In this document: positions 11,562-23,498 of the stretch, piece by piece
How positions within the stretch are numbered: the first letter of the stretch is position 1
How the letters are laid out: each line of letters begins with the position of its first letter
Assembly: GCA_001244265.2 (NCBI GenBank)
Contig: CDLV01000013.1
Coordinates: forward strand, 496,001-560,000
DNA: 64,000 bases
From: Microbotryum violaceum
Lineage: Eukaryota
Reading direction: 5' to 3'
Notes under the pieces: generated by a model
Databases searched by the model: none
What the model was told of the DNA's origin: nothing
Seen by the model: only the letters and a program-made list of their open reading frames with translations
Made by a program: the position numbers and the translations under genes

Positions 11562-14349
11562 ATGTCGACCAAGTCCTCCAAATCCCAGCCGTCTGGTGAA
11601 GCACGCAAGGCCCCAGATGACGTTACAACAGCGGCCTCGTTCGCCCCGCCGAACCCCAGCGGCATCGCTCGGCGCAGCCCACGCGCATCGTCCAAGTCAT
11701 CGATAACAACCATCTCGACCTCGTCCTCGTCCTCGCTGTCTTCGTCGAGCTCGAGCGACGACTCGAGTGGATCCCAGATCATGAAACCACCTGTCAAAGT
11801 CAATGGCCCAAAGCCCAAGGCCTATTCGACCCCAACGACGCCCGTCTCACAGGTCAAACGAGGCGGATCACCACACGAATTGGAGCTCCAGTCCGCACGG
11901 AACGGCCTGGCGCCTCTTTCCAACTTGGGTAATGGACTCACCGCCGCTCTCGACCTCCATATCCCTCAACCGACGATCGAGGTCGGCGCCTGGCCCGTGG
12001 ATCGCTTCATTGATAAGGGTTACTCCGAGATGAGGGGCCGGTCGAGGCGAAAGACGATTACCGGTCCCATGAGGCTCAATGGATTGCCGAGCGGGCTAAC
12101 AGGCGACGCCGAGAGCGAGAACCTGGTGTTGCGCCAAGACGATACCGAGAACGACGAAGATGATGACTCGGAGTACGGCGAAGCCGAGAGAGCTCAGAGG
12201 AGTTACCTGTCAGGTGAGTTGGATTGGCCCGATCGGCCGGTGCTTGGAACGTTGCCTTGGCTGAAAAGATTTTCCTCGTAGGTCCGACCGAGGAATTGGT
12301 CGAGTCGTTGCCGCGACCGTCTCCTCTACCTCGGTACACGTCCCCACTGCCCTCTCCGGCTCTTTCTACGACTTCAACGTCGTCGCTTGTCGCAGTACCC
12401 ATCATCCAACAACCCGCGGATGGCACTCAGCTGTCCTTCCTCGATTCGACGCCGTCCCGACCCCGACCTCGAACCTACACGCTCTCGCACTCTGCATTCG
12501 GCTCTTTTGGCACCTTCCCCTCCACCGCTCGCTCTGGGCCTCTTCCTGCTCCGACTCTCATCTCTCGCATCAGGCTCTTCTTCCTGCAACTCTTATCCAA
12601 CGCTGCCAGCACGGCCTTCCTCATACTGATCGTCACCTGGGCACTCGGCTGCCGTGCCTGGTTCGCCGTGCGTCGATGGCTCAAGGGCATCCGAGATGTA
12701 CGAGAGAGACGTCCGTGGGATACTGACGAGATGCGAGCCAAGTACGCGAACGAGCAAGTCGTCAGGGATATTCAGTACTATGCGCGCGAATGTGGCTTCG
12801 ACTGCATCGAGCAAACCGTGCAGACCAAAGACGGGTACTTGCTCAAGGTCTTCCGCGTCGAATGCCTCAACAAAAAGCCCAAGGTTCATAGCGACGGCAG
12901 GCGAGGCTTCCCCGTCTTGATTCAGCATGGCTTGTTTCAAAGTTGTGGAAGTTTCATCACGAGTGAGGAGAGGAGTTTGGCCTTCTGGCTGGCTGAGCAT
13001 GGGTCAGTCTGGCCTGCGAAGAAGCGTCGTACTATCGCCTCGCGGTATATCTCTGACGTTGACGGGCTCGATATTCTTGTTGCAGAGACTACCAAGTCTA
13101 CTTGGGCAACAATCGGGGTGTCTTCGACATGGGTCATGTGCGATTGAAGAGATCGGACCCAAGATTTTGGGGTGAGGCTCTGTGTGGCTGATGTGCGAAA
13201 GCAAATGAGAACCATGCCGACTTTAAAGTTTTATTGGCGATTACTAGACTACAACATCAAGGAGCTGGCTCTCTATGACCTGCCCGCCATGGTGGATCAC
13301 GTTCGGCGCGAAACTGGTTACGACAAGGTGAGACCAAGTCTGCTTCGTGAGCCTGATCTTCGGGTGCTAATGTGGTATGGGTTCCCTCCGCTGTAGATCG
13401 CCTTTATCGGGCACAGTCAGGGGAATGCGACAATGTTCTGCTCGCTTGGTCGGTCTCTCTCTCATTTAACACGTACGCATACGTGATCCCATAGCTGACG
13501 TCCTTATTGGCTTCAGCTCAAGGAATGGTCCCCGAGCTTGGAGAGAAGCTTTCAGTCTTCATCGCGCTCGCTCCTGCCGTTTACGCCGGACCGTTAACGA
13601 CCGGATTCCCCTTTGGCGCGCTCAAAAGCATGAAGTGGAAGACGTGGCGACGTTGGTTTGGCGTGCTCGACTTCATTCCCTTGATGCGTATCTCCTACAA
13701 CCTCACCCCAAGCAAACCGTTTGGTCTTCTCGGATACCAAATGTTTGCCTTCTTGTTCAACTGGACCGACCGAAACTGGGTAAGTGTCCCATGAGGACAG
13801 AGTTGAAGCAGGGCCAGGGACTAATTGTATCGATCGTCATCTCTGGCGCACAGCTCAATCGTCGCAAATCCAAAATGTTCCGCTTCACCCCGTCGCCCGT
13901 GTCCTCGGCGTCCATCTTTTGGTGGACCGGCTACGGCGGCTTCTCGACTCGCGGCTGCGTGCTCGACCCGAACGTCGACAAATGGTTCGATCACCGATTC
14001 CCGCCTTTGGCCATTCACCACGGTAGTCTTGATTACCTCGTCTTGACCGAGCCTTTACTCGAGCGTCTGAGGGAAAAGGAGACCGACGTCAAGGTCATTC
14101 GCGTTCAAAAGCTCGACCAGGGCGAGCACTGCGACTTCTTCTGGTCAGTCCGCCCGAGGACGAATTGCAGACCAACCCTTGCTCATGCTCGTGCATCTTG
14201 TATTTTTCACCAGGCATATTGACGCCGTCGAGCTCTGCTTCAATTCTTTCCTCGAGGACATTGAGCGCACCCGTCCGAGGTACCCCGAAGAACTTTCCGC
14301 CGCTTCCAAGTCCGACGCGCCCCGCAATTCGAACGGTCGACTTCACTAA
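11562..14349 (+). CDS. AB-hydrolase lipase / steryl-ester hydrolase (Tgl1/Yeh1-like) with a long Ser-rich N-terminus and a transmembrane segment
   Basis: Motifs VQTKDGYLLKVFRV, PVLIQHGLFQSCGSFITSEERSLAFWL, YLGNNRG, LALYDLPAMVDHV, the lipase nucleophile motif FIGHSQG (about 13403-13423), FIALAPAVY and HCDFFW. Stop TAA at 14347-14349. Confidence 0.88.
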
Positions 14350-14618
14350 ATGTCATCTCCATTCGTTCTGAAATCCCTCTGCAGTCGTCACTCGACTGAA
14401 AGGAAATGTATCCATACCATCACCCCAGAAAAGAAACTAATCCCTAAAAAACACCTTGTTCTAGACTATTTATCCTGTTGTCAATGTTGCAGTCTTATTC
14501 CGCTTGCGGTGCTTCATCACGAAGAAAGCTTGTTGAGATATGCACCTCGTCAGAGGCTCGTGTCCGGCTCAGGGTGTGTTTGATGATATGGTGGGTGTGA
14601 TTGCATGTGTAGCTTCAG

Positions 14619-15962
14619 TCAAAACTCTTTCGACTGAGATCTGAATTGGGCAGCCGACATCCGTGCCGGTCTCCTCATAAGGCGGAACAGGAGGATGGAA
14701 GTGGCTGCCGACAGGGCGTACCTATTGAAAAAAAGAAGGCGAGAAAGGGTCAGCTTACTTGTAGTCATCAGACGGTTGCACGTGGACAGATCACGTACCA
14801 GGTGATGGCGTATGTTAGGTGTTGATTCCGCAGTGTGATGGTAGCTTCTCGCCCTACCGGTATCCCGTCCTGCACTCTTGTGCCTGCCTCTCCAGCATGT
14901 CCCACTACGAATCACGTTGGTACATTAGCATGTTTGGTCACGATCGGCTGGGCTACAGTGAGCCACGACTGACTGAAGATCTCATCGACCAGCACCGGCT
15001 CGGCGTGGGTGTATTGGGCCATCTGTGCGATGTCCGAGAAGACCCATTGCCCCTTCTCCGGACTGTTCTCCGGTGTGAACGAGTTGCGTTTTTCTTGGTC
15101 GCGGAGCATGCCTACGACTTGTACGGTGCCTTCGGTCTGAATGGATTTACCGGGGAAAAACCGTGAGAATCGGGTAGAGGGGCGTTTATCCCGATCGCCG
15201 CTAGCGAAGCTACACGCAGAACCCAGTCGACCACGAGCGAAAAAAAAAAAAAACAGACTTACAAGACTCTCGGGTCGATCCTTGGTTTCCTTCCTGAGCC
15301 TCTTGACGAATCCTCGATTGACCATGATCGTATCCTGTCCCTCGCCTCGAATTAAGGGAGTGACGACATGGTAGCCGAGTTCTCCGTCCCTCGTCTTGGG
15401 CCCGAGTTCAATCTCGTGTTCATGGTCGAATTTGCCTTTGACGATCACTTTGCGGTAGGCGAATTCGGGGATGGCTGCGGGACTGTAGTGAAGATACCCA
15501 CGAGGAAGAGACAGCGATGGACCGGACCCGACAGGGGAAAGAGATGACGACGCAGGGAAGCAAGAGTGCGTAAAAGCGAGTGAGCGACCATCAATACATT
15601 GAAGACCAAATGTAAGAAAAGGCACCAGAAGGAGGTCAGATGGCGACGCACTCGATCCGGGCGGGCAATCCGACGGGTTCCTGGTGGAGTTTGGTCTCGA
15701 GACGATCGATCATGTCGAGCTTCCACTGCAGTCGCTGCAACTGCCATGTGCCCAGGCCGAAGGTGAAGACGGGCATGATACCCAGTATCCATACGAACGG
15801 TCTCGATCGGGATGTCGAGGTCGAATGGGACTGGGTAGACGAGAATCGTTGCGCAAGAAGCGAGCACGGTCGTGGGCGAACCACTGACCATCGAGGCGTG
15901 GTCCAGGCTTGATGCGGCCTTGGGCAAGGTGTTTTAGTCGTCGATCGAAGCAGGGAAGCCAT
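14619..15962 (-). CDS. SHY1: SURF1/Shy1 cytochrome c oxidase assembly factor
   Basis: Mitochondrial-presequence-like start MASLLRSTTK. Motifs MPVFTFGLGTWQLQRLQWK, EFAYRKVIVKGKFDHEHEI.LGP, GYHVVTPL, MVNRGFV and FTPENSPEKGQW, plus a C-terminal transmembrane segment. Confidence 0.93.
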
Positions 15963-16479
15963 CTGGTGAGGATTGGGTGTCGATGGTGGGAAGGCGGCTT
16001 GGACGGTGGTAGGTGTGCGAGCAGGAAGTCGAGCATCGACGCGAGAACCCGCCAGAATGACGTCTGAGACGCGCACGGACCACGCGTGTACAAAAATTAG
16101 TGTGGCCCGTTTGAACATCACAACTTTCGGCTCGCGATCGGAGTAAGTTGGCGTGACGCAAGCGTGGACCGTAACCGCATACCGTCGCGCTATCAGTTCA
16201 CACGTATTCGTCTCAAATTCCAACTCTTTTAAGACCCCGGAGTCTGCGTGTGGACTGCAGTGGGTAATGGGATTGCCAACCCCGCGGGGACTGCGCCCTC
16301 AAGTCGACCAGTGGCCGGGTGCCCGCCCAGCCCGCCCAGCGCGTGCGCTCCCCCACATTTCACAGCAGCCCGGGGCGCAAGCGCAGGCCGCCGCCATCCG
16401 TCGGAGTCCTCGTGCTTCGGCTTTGGACCCCGGTCGATGCACAGCCCATAACCCGACCCGGATCCACACAAGAGCTGGG

Positions 16480-18558
16480 ATGGCCTCGTCTTCGTCCTCG
16501 TCGTCTTCGTCCTCGTACGTCCCAGCTTACGTCGACGCTCCCTTGCACATCCCCATCGCCGGTGTGAACAGGATCTCCTGAACGGATGCCATCTCCTGAG
16601 ACCGAGCCCAACCCGGCATGCGGTCATCACTTTCGCACCGCACCTGGCGCTCTGCGGGACCTCCGCACCGCCAAACTCGTTCTTGCTGACATATCTTTTG
16701 CACCCGTGACGCGTCGTATGCGACAAACAGGTGCCTTTCGACCGCGTCGTCTCCCGCGCATCTGCTCTGCTCGCCATCGCAGCTCGGGGTGGGGCCTGCT
16801 ACGAGCTTCGTCACGCGTGATGGCACTCGCTTGATGCTCGATGACAAGCCCTGGGTCGCCGTAGGACCCAACATATACTGGCTAGGTAGGCGTCTGCCTA
16901 GTACAGCTGGAAACGGCATGTCGCAGTGACTGATCTCTCTTGGTCTGCGGCCGTCACAGGGCAGGACGAGAATGTGCAGCCCAACCCGGCTTGGCCCTCG
17001 CAATCACGCGTGCTCGAAGTCATGGCGATTGCGGCAACCATGGGCGCGAGTGAGTTTTATCAACCGTCAAGAAACATTGCTCTCCATCAATCAGGATTGC
17101 TAAAAGCCCGTGGGTCTGTTTCCGTTTGCCACAGACACGATCCGCTCAACGACGCTCGGCGTATCGGTCGGCAACTCGCGCTCGGTCGAACCCAGTCTCG
17201 GCACCTTCAACGAAACCGCTCTCGAGACGATTGACTTTGCCCTTTATACTGCTCGTGCATACGGTCTGCGACTCATCATACCGTTAGCCGATCAGTACGA
17301 CTACTACCACGGAGGGATCCCGACCTTTCTGCGTTGGAGGAATCTGTCCGCGACGCATCCCAAAGCCGACTTTGGCCCCTTCTACGACACCACCTCCCAA
17401 GTCTACTCGGACTTTGCGCTCTATGTCACGACATTGCTCTCACATCGTTCCAGCCTCACAAACTTGACCATGGCCGAAGACCCAACCGTTCTTGCGTTCG
17501 AAACGGGCAATGAGCTCGGCGGATGGGGTGGCAGCAACTACCCGCCCCCTTCCGAGTGGACGACGTCGATTGCCAAGCTCATCAAATCTCTGGCACCCAA
17601 TACTCTCGTCGTTGATGGGTCTTACGGCGTTCACAAGGCCGGCTTGAACATAGACGAGATCGACATCGTTTCCGATCACGCCTATCCCCCTTACTCGTAC
17701 AACGTGCGCAAAGCGGCAAACCTGGCCCACTCGAGTGGCAAAGTATTCCTCCTCGGAGAGTTCGACTGGACGAACCGATACTACTTTCCTCTCACCTACC
17801 TTGCTGTACTCATCCCGGCGGTAGTGGCCGCGCTTGTCTTCCTGCTGCCTGCTCGATGGTGGCCATGGCAAGCCAGTCTCGGCTGCTTTTGCTGCCGCGG
17901 TCGAAGACGCCGGAGAAGGCAAGCCAAGGCATCGTATTTCGAGGGCATGCACAGCGACTCGGTTCGACTCTTCTCTGCCTCTGTGCCCCTCGTTGAGGAA
18001 TCCGACTCCAAGTACGCTTTCCCCCCACCATCCACACCACTCGGCGCCTCATCCAGTGTTTTGCCGTCTTACGACGGGCGCGGATCGTTCCTGGACCGGA
18101 CCTTGCCCATTCGTCGTTGGCATTTTTCATTGTTGATCCTCCTACTCGCCGCACCCTTGGGAGCCCTCATTCAAGCCTTCTTGCCGACGCCGCTCTCGTC
18201 GTTCCTTCCGGCCGTGGAAGGCCTCGCTTCGGACGGGAAGCTCTCCGGATCCTTCTACTGGTCTCTCTTCGGCAAGGACTCGACATGCTGTCAATACGTG
18301 CCCCACGGCGACGGATATACGCTCCACTACCCTTCCGATCCTCGAGTTGTAGATGGAAGCGGGCAGAACGTCGTCGAGTTGACCAAGCATGCCTACAGAT
18401 TGAGCAACAATGTGACTTGGTGGGGCGCGGCGATTTCTTCGCTCACGCTCAACGATCTGCCCAGTGTACAATGTCCGCAGAATGCTTCAGCGACAATGGG
18501 AACGACCGATTTGAAGAAGAGGAAGCCGTGGGAGAGTGCCAAAGTCACCGAACTGTAG
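16480..18558 (+). CDS. Glycoside hydrolase family 5 (mannanase-like, GH5_7-type) with an internal two-transmembrane insertion
   Basis: Spliced SFVTRDGTRLMLDDKPWVAVGPNIYWLG|QDEN...MGA|TIRSTTLGVSVG; YDYYHGG; acid/base motif FETGNEL; SDHAYP; nucleophile motif GEFDW; final strand GSFYWSLFG...HGDGYTLHYP. First intron about 16515-16730 is phase-compatible. Confidence 0.88.
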
Positions 18559-20999
18559 CACCTCCCAAGCGGCATGTATGATTTGTTGGTCCCGTAGCCT
18601 GTTCGGATTCAGCCATCAGGCCTCAGGGACGATGGATCTTTGGGCGCCATTGTGTAATTGTAGATGTAGCTCTCATAGAACACTGTATGGAATATGGTTG
18701 GGTCGAATCGAAGCTTTACAATCGTACAATCGCTCGAGGGTCTGCTCTAGTGCAAGGATGGGCATATGCACCGTCGCAGGGGGCTTTGGATCGCACGCAC
18801 GGCAGCGCATGAGCGCCTGAGGCCCGGATGACTAACCGAGCTGCTGCTGCGGGGATCGCCCGATCGCATGGCGTTTTCACGCCGGACAACCGGTGAGCGA
18901 ATTATTGCCTGCCTAACCAGTGCCGAATGGTCATCGAGAGCCAGGGTATTGCTTCAAGTGTCTCAAGATTCAGAGTAGGCTGCCAGGGCCGATTGTCATG
19001 CTCAGTGCCTCCACGCCACTGCGTCGGATCGGCAGCTCGAATATCTAGCACCGCACGATCAAAATCTGCCGGGACACCGTCTCCCTACACTACCCTAAGC
19101 ACAAAGCCTGGAGAGCGGATATACTCACACCCAAATATCGCCCACCTAGTACCTACCGTGCTGTCCTAGGCACCTGAGGATTTAAGCTTATCCGGAGGCC
19201 GATCGAATTGCAAGATGCGCAACTGCCTTCCAGCTCTTTTGCTTGAAAGAAATCTTGCCAGGGTGTTAAAGGTGCTCTGTCCCTCGATGCGCTCGATCCG
19301 ATCGTCTCTGCCAAGAGTGCCATACGGGTGTCATGTGCACCACACATGGTGTTGGCTAACTTTTTTACTTATTTGGGATCTACGAGGCATGTCATGTCTC
19401 GCATCGCTCGACCGGGCGATGCAGCCCATCTGTGAGTCGCCATCCCGAGACGTCATGCGATTCATGGATGGGGCATTCGCCATGTGGGGATTGCCGACTG
19501 CCGCGGTGCACGCTCGCCGTTCACCGGGCCTCTCCCACCTGTTATAAACGTGCTACGTGCCGCGCGGGCGGGTGGGCGGGGTCAGGAATCAGGATTATAG
19601 GCGGCGAAAGGCCACTTGCCGTGGCCGATCGATGGACGACCGTTAGGGTGCGCGAAATGTAGGCCCACAAAAATGTTTCAAGTGTCTCATGTCTTGATTG
19701 ATTTCTGAGCCAAGTTCCTGGAGAGTCTCATGGCGAATAGTACGAACCAAGGTACCGACAGACCATGAGCTGTCTAGGAATGTGAAAATCATCTTATGGA
19801 CATGGATTCATTGCTACAGAGCGCATGACGGGTGCACTACCAAGGGCTGCAGCGCAGAACAATTTGCGCAGCGCGAAGTCGGCTCGTGGTCGCCCAACGA
19901 GGTTTATAGGAGGCGCTGCCTGAGGCGAGTGGTGGAGCTGCGGGAGCAGTTTTGAGTTGGCGCGGCGTAGTGGGGGCGCGGAGCTCGGCGGTCTCTGTCT
20001 GGTTCCTTGGGGGCAAGAATCATTTGAAAGGTAAGACAAGCATCGGGCGGCGGTTGCTCTCCTAAGGGGAAGTTACCTTGCTTGATCCCAGGAAGGATAT
20101 AATAGGGTGTGTCTTGGCAAGGTTCGAGTCGGGTACTTACTCACTCGTCAAGCCTGGCGTCTTTGCGCGCTCTGATGGAGCTTCCCATGGCCCGGAAGAC
20201 CCTTACTTTGACGTACCATATTGCCAACCTAATCGACCCGGGGTTGCCGATCTGTTCGGGGCGGTAAGATGTGGCTTTACAAACAGCTCACTTGCGGGGA
20301 GATTGCCCTTGCATCGACGGAGACCTCCCATGCCCTGATAATGCGCGACAATCGTCAACGCTGTGCTACAAGTGGTACTCAACACTGAAAATCGCCGATG
20401 GCACCCTATATTTGAGTTAGGCTCATCATAGCATCTTTACGTCGAATTCTCAGAACACTGTAGAGATGACAGAGAATCGGGGCTTCGATCTTTCCAAGTA
20501 GGATCGAAGGGGTTTCGCCCCTGGCCAGCGGGCTTCGTGTTCGCAGGCACGGAGTGAACGTAATGCAGGTATAGGGCCGGCGACGTCCTGTGAGACATTG
20601 ATCTGCAGTCCCGTGTTTAGGTACTTCATTTTTGAACGCACCTACTAGGAGAGGTGTGTTGCGTATACCTAAATGTCAAGCGCTGCAAAGCACGTGATAG
20701 GGGCAGGGAGGGGGCGGCCCAAAGAGGAATGGTGATGCTTCTGCTGTTGCTCTCCGGAGGCAAGAGGCCAGACCACCACCCTTTCTACATGACGCCTGAC
20801 GTTTGTATTAGCCGTTGCACAACTTTCCTCAATGGGAATTGGGAGTGTCATGGTACAGTCGCGAGGGCGAGGTCGGGCGCAAACGAGATGCCCTCGTCAT
20901 TTCGCAATTGACCCTGGCAGTGTTCTCAGGTCTATCCTACCGCCCATAGACCTCGTACGACATTGGAGACTGACTGAACGTGCATCTTCGCATCACTGA

Positions 21000-23262
21000 A
21001 ATACGTATAGCTATCACAAGGTCGAGAATAATCCGGGACAGGTTAAAGGTCACAGCGCTTGGGGTGAGTGCCGGCTCGAGGATGCGTAGTTCTTTATAAT
21101 CCGCGGAGACCGGCCGAGAGCTCACGCCGAACATTCTTCCGATCGCACACAGGTGAAGTGTACACCATCAGCTCAGGAGCTTCTCGCTAATTGAATTTGC
21201 AAACCAACTCGTAAGTGTCGACCTAACCATCGCAGACGGCTGTGAACAGTCGGGATGGAGCTCCCAGCGCAATGCTTGAACTCACCGTGGCATCAATCAA
21301 ATCTTACAGGTTCTGCGCCGGAGGTGGATGGCTCTCTAACGGAACCTGTGAGTATCAATAGCGCTTACGAACAGCTCGACTTCTGCGAGAAGCTCTTTGC
21401 TGACTGGAACAACTTTGGCGCACACGCTCAGTGGTGTCTATCGGAGGCAATGGCGTTCAATCGTCGAACACGTTTTCGCAGAATGGCGTCAATGCAATCC
21501 GAATTTTTACGCCTTGCCAGGTCGATGGAAGTTGCGACGCTCAGTAATGGCCTAACAAGTTCCGCCTCAATTCGAAGCGTTGGTACCCCTCCACTTCGCG
21601 CCTTCAGGATGGCTCGATCATTATCATTGGAGGTGGATGGCAGTGGCCGTTCGACGACCTGCTCAATCAGTACTGACTTCCAAACGGTATGAGAATAGGT
21701 AGCAGATCCAGTGGATACAACAACAAAGTATCCACGGTGAGCGTTGCCCCCTCCCGGGACCTACCGCTCGAGTGAGAACTGGTTCTCACCCGTCACGCCC
21801 TTCCCCTACGTCGTTCACAGGACAACCCCACCATCGAGTATTTCCCCCCCAAAGGCAACGGACTTGCGATTCCGTTCAAATTTCTGTCAGGTAAGGGGAT
21901 TATCGGTAGCGGGGGAAGAGCTACAATAGGGGGCAACACACATCTACCAAGCATGCTTGCTGACCGCCTGTTCAATCGCATTTTTCATTGCGCGCAGACG
22001 CCCTCAACTCGAACCTCTTCCCAGTCATCTTCCTACTGCCTCAAACGGAATACCTCTTCATCGCAGCCAACAAGCTCGCCACGATCTACGACTGGAAGAA
22101 CAACCGAGAGTACCGTCTCCTCAGCATGCCGAATGGGGTTGCCATTACCTACTCCGCTTCGGCTGCAGGAGGTGAGCAGCTTCTGTTCCCGATCGTGGCA
22201 CCCCGTTAAGTGCTCAAGTTGACAGGTCTCACTGGCTCAATATCTCTCCCGCAGCCCTCCTTCCTTTGTCAATCGCCAACAAGTACGCCTCAGAAGTTCT
22301 TTTGTGCGGTGGAACGACGGCGAACATCGACGGCAATCCAACCGCGCTTAGCTCCAACACTGCGACGTCCAAGCAGTGCGCTCGCATCTTAATATCCGGT
22401 ACCGGTTCTAGCAGAGGGTGGCAGGTAGAACAGATGCCCCGAGGCTCGAATCATGGGAAGCGCCATCCTCACACCCGATGCTAAAGGTAAGAACGACCAC
22501 CGCGCGAAGTCTGTCCTCGGTCGGTGAGGGACCAAGTCTGACTCCTGTCGGACTCACTCCCGCTCGCAACAGTCCTCCTGGTCAACGGCGCGCAGACGGG
22601 AGTTGCAGGTTACGGCAATGTCGCGAACCGAATTGGCGCAAGTAACGCCGGAAACCCGGCCTACCGTCCGACCTTGTACGACCCGGTGGCCCTGCGGGCT
22701 CTCGCTTCAGCTTCAGCACCAACTTCTCCTCGAGCAAGAGCGAGCGCTTGTATCACTCGACAGCCTCGCTCGTCCCCGGGAAAGAATCATCACTGCGGGC
22801 AGCAATCCAAACGATCGGGTGTCGACGAAGTCCTACATGACCCGATTCAACACCGAATACCTTTCGCCGCTTTACATGTCGCTCCCGAGACCGGTGCTGC
22901 GCTCGGTCCCTTCGAGCGTCAACTACGGGGCATCGTACACCATTTGCTTCTCTCGCACCAGTAAGACCTCGAATATCCGCATGGTGGTGAGCGACATCGG
23001 CTACTCGACTCACGGCGTATACATGAACCAGCGCTGGCTCGAGCTCCTCGTGACGTCGATCCAAAACGATCGGCTCACTTTCACCGGTCCTATCGACACC
23101 ACGTACTACCCTCCCGGCTACGGATGGCTCTGGGTTCTAGAGCACGACGTTCCCTCCCAGGGCAAGCGTGTCAAGGTCGGCGCTGGTGCGAGCCCTCCTT
23201 CGACCAAGTCCGCTTCCGCCAACATCTTGTCGATGACCTCGGGAGTGGACGACACCGTTTGA
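21000..23262 (+). pseudogene. Copper-radical oxidase (AA5_1, glyoxal-oxidase-like) pseudogene; 5' end not resolved
   Basis: Motifs KVENNP..VKGHSAWG, QTNSFCAGG, RWYPS, NLFP, VLLCGG, VLLVNGAQTGVAGYG, RLYHS, AGSNPN, GYSTHG and PPGY. In-frame TAA stops at 21188-21190 and 21545-21547; frameshifts near 22438, 22692 and 22780. Confidence 0.88.
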
Positions 23263-23498
23263 TAACGTCCCTCTCTGCCTCCTATACCTCTCGGTTCGGA
23301 AGTGGGCATCTTTACCAGTCTCATTGCCAGTTTGTTGCTTCATGCTGTCATCTGTTCTCCTGATCTGTCTTCGCACCTCTACCTCCACATACCTTTTATA
23401 ATACTGTTCGAGGCGCACCTATACCCAGCGCTGCGCGTAATTGTGCATGGATTCCCATGTTTCATTCAAAGACACTGTTCTCCCATTACGCTACGAGA

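Noticed and set aside
1297-23262. Copper-themed cluster (copper-fist factor, SURF1, copper-radical oxidase)
   Set aside because: The genes are spread over 22 kb among unrelated housekeeping genes; no shared motif seen.
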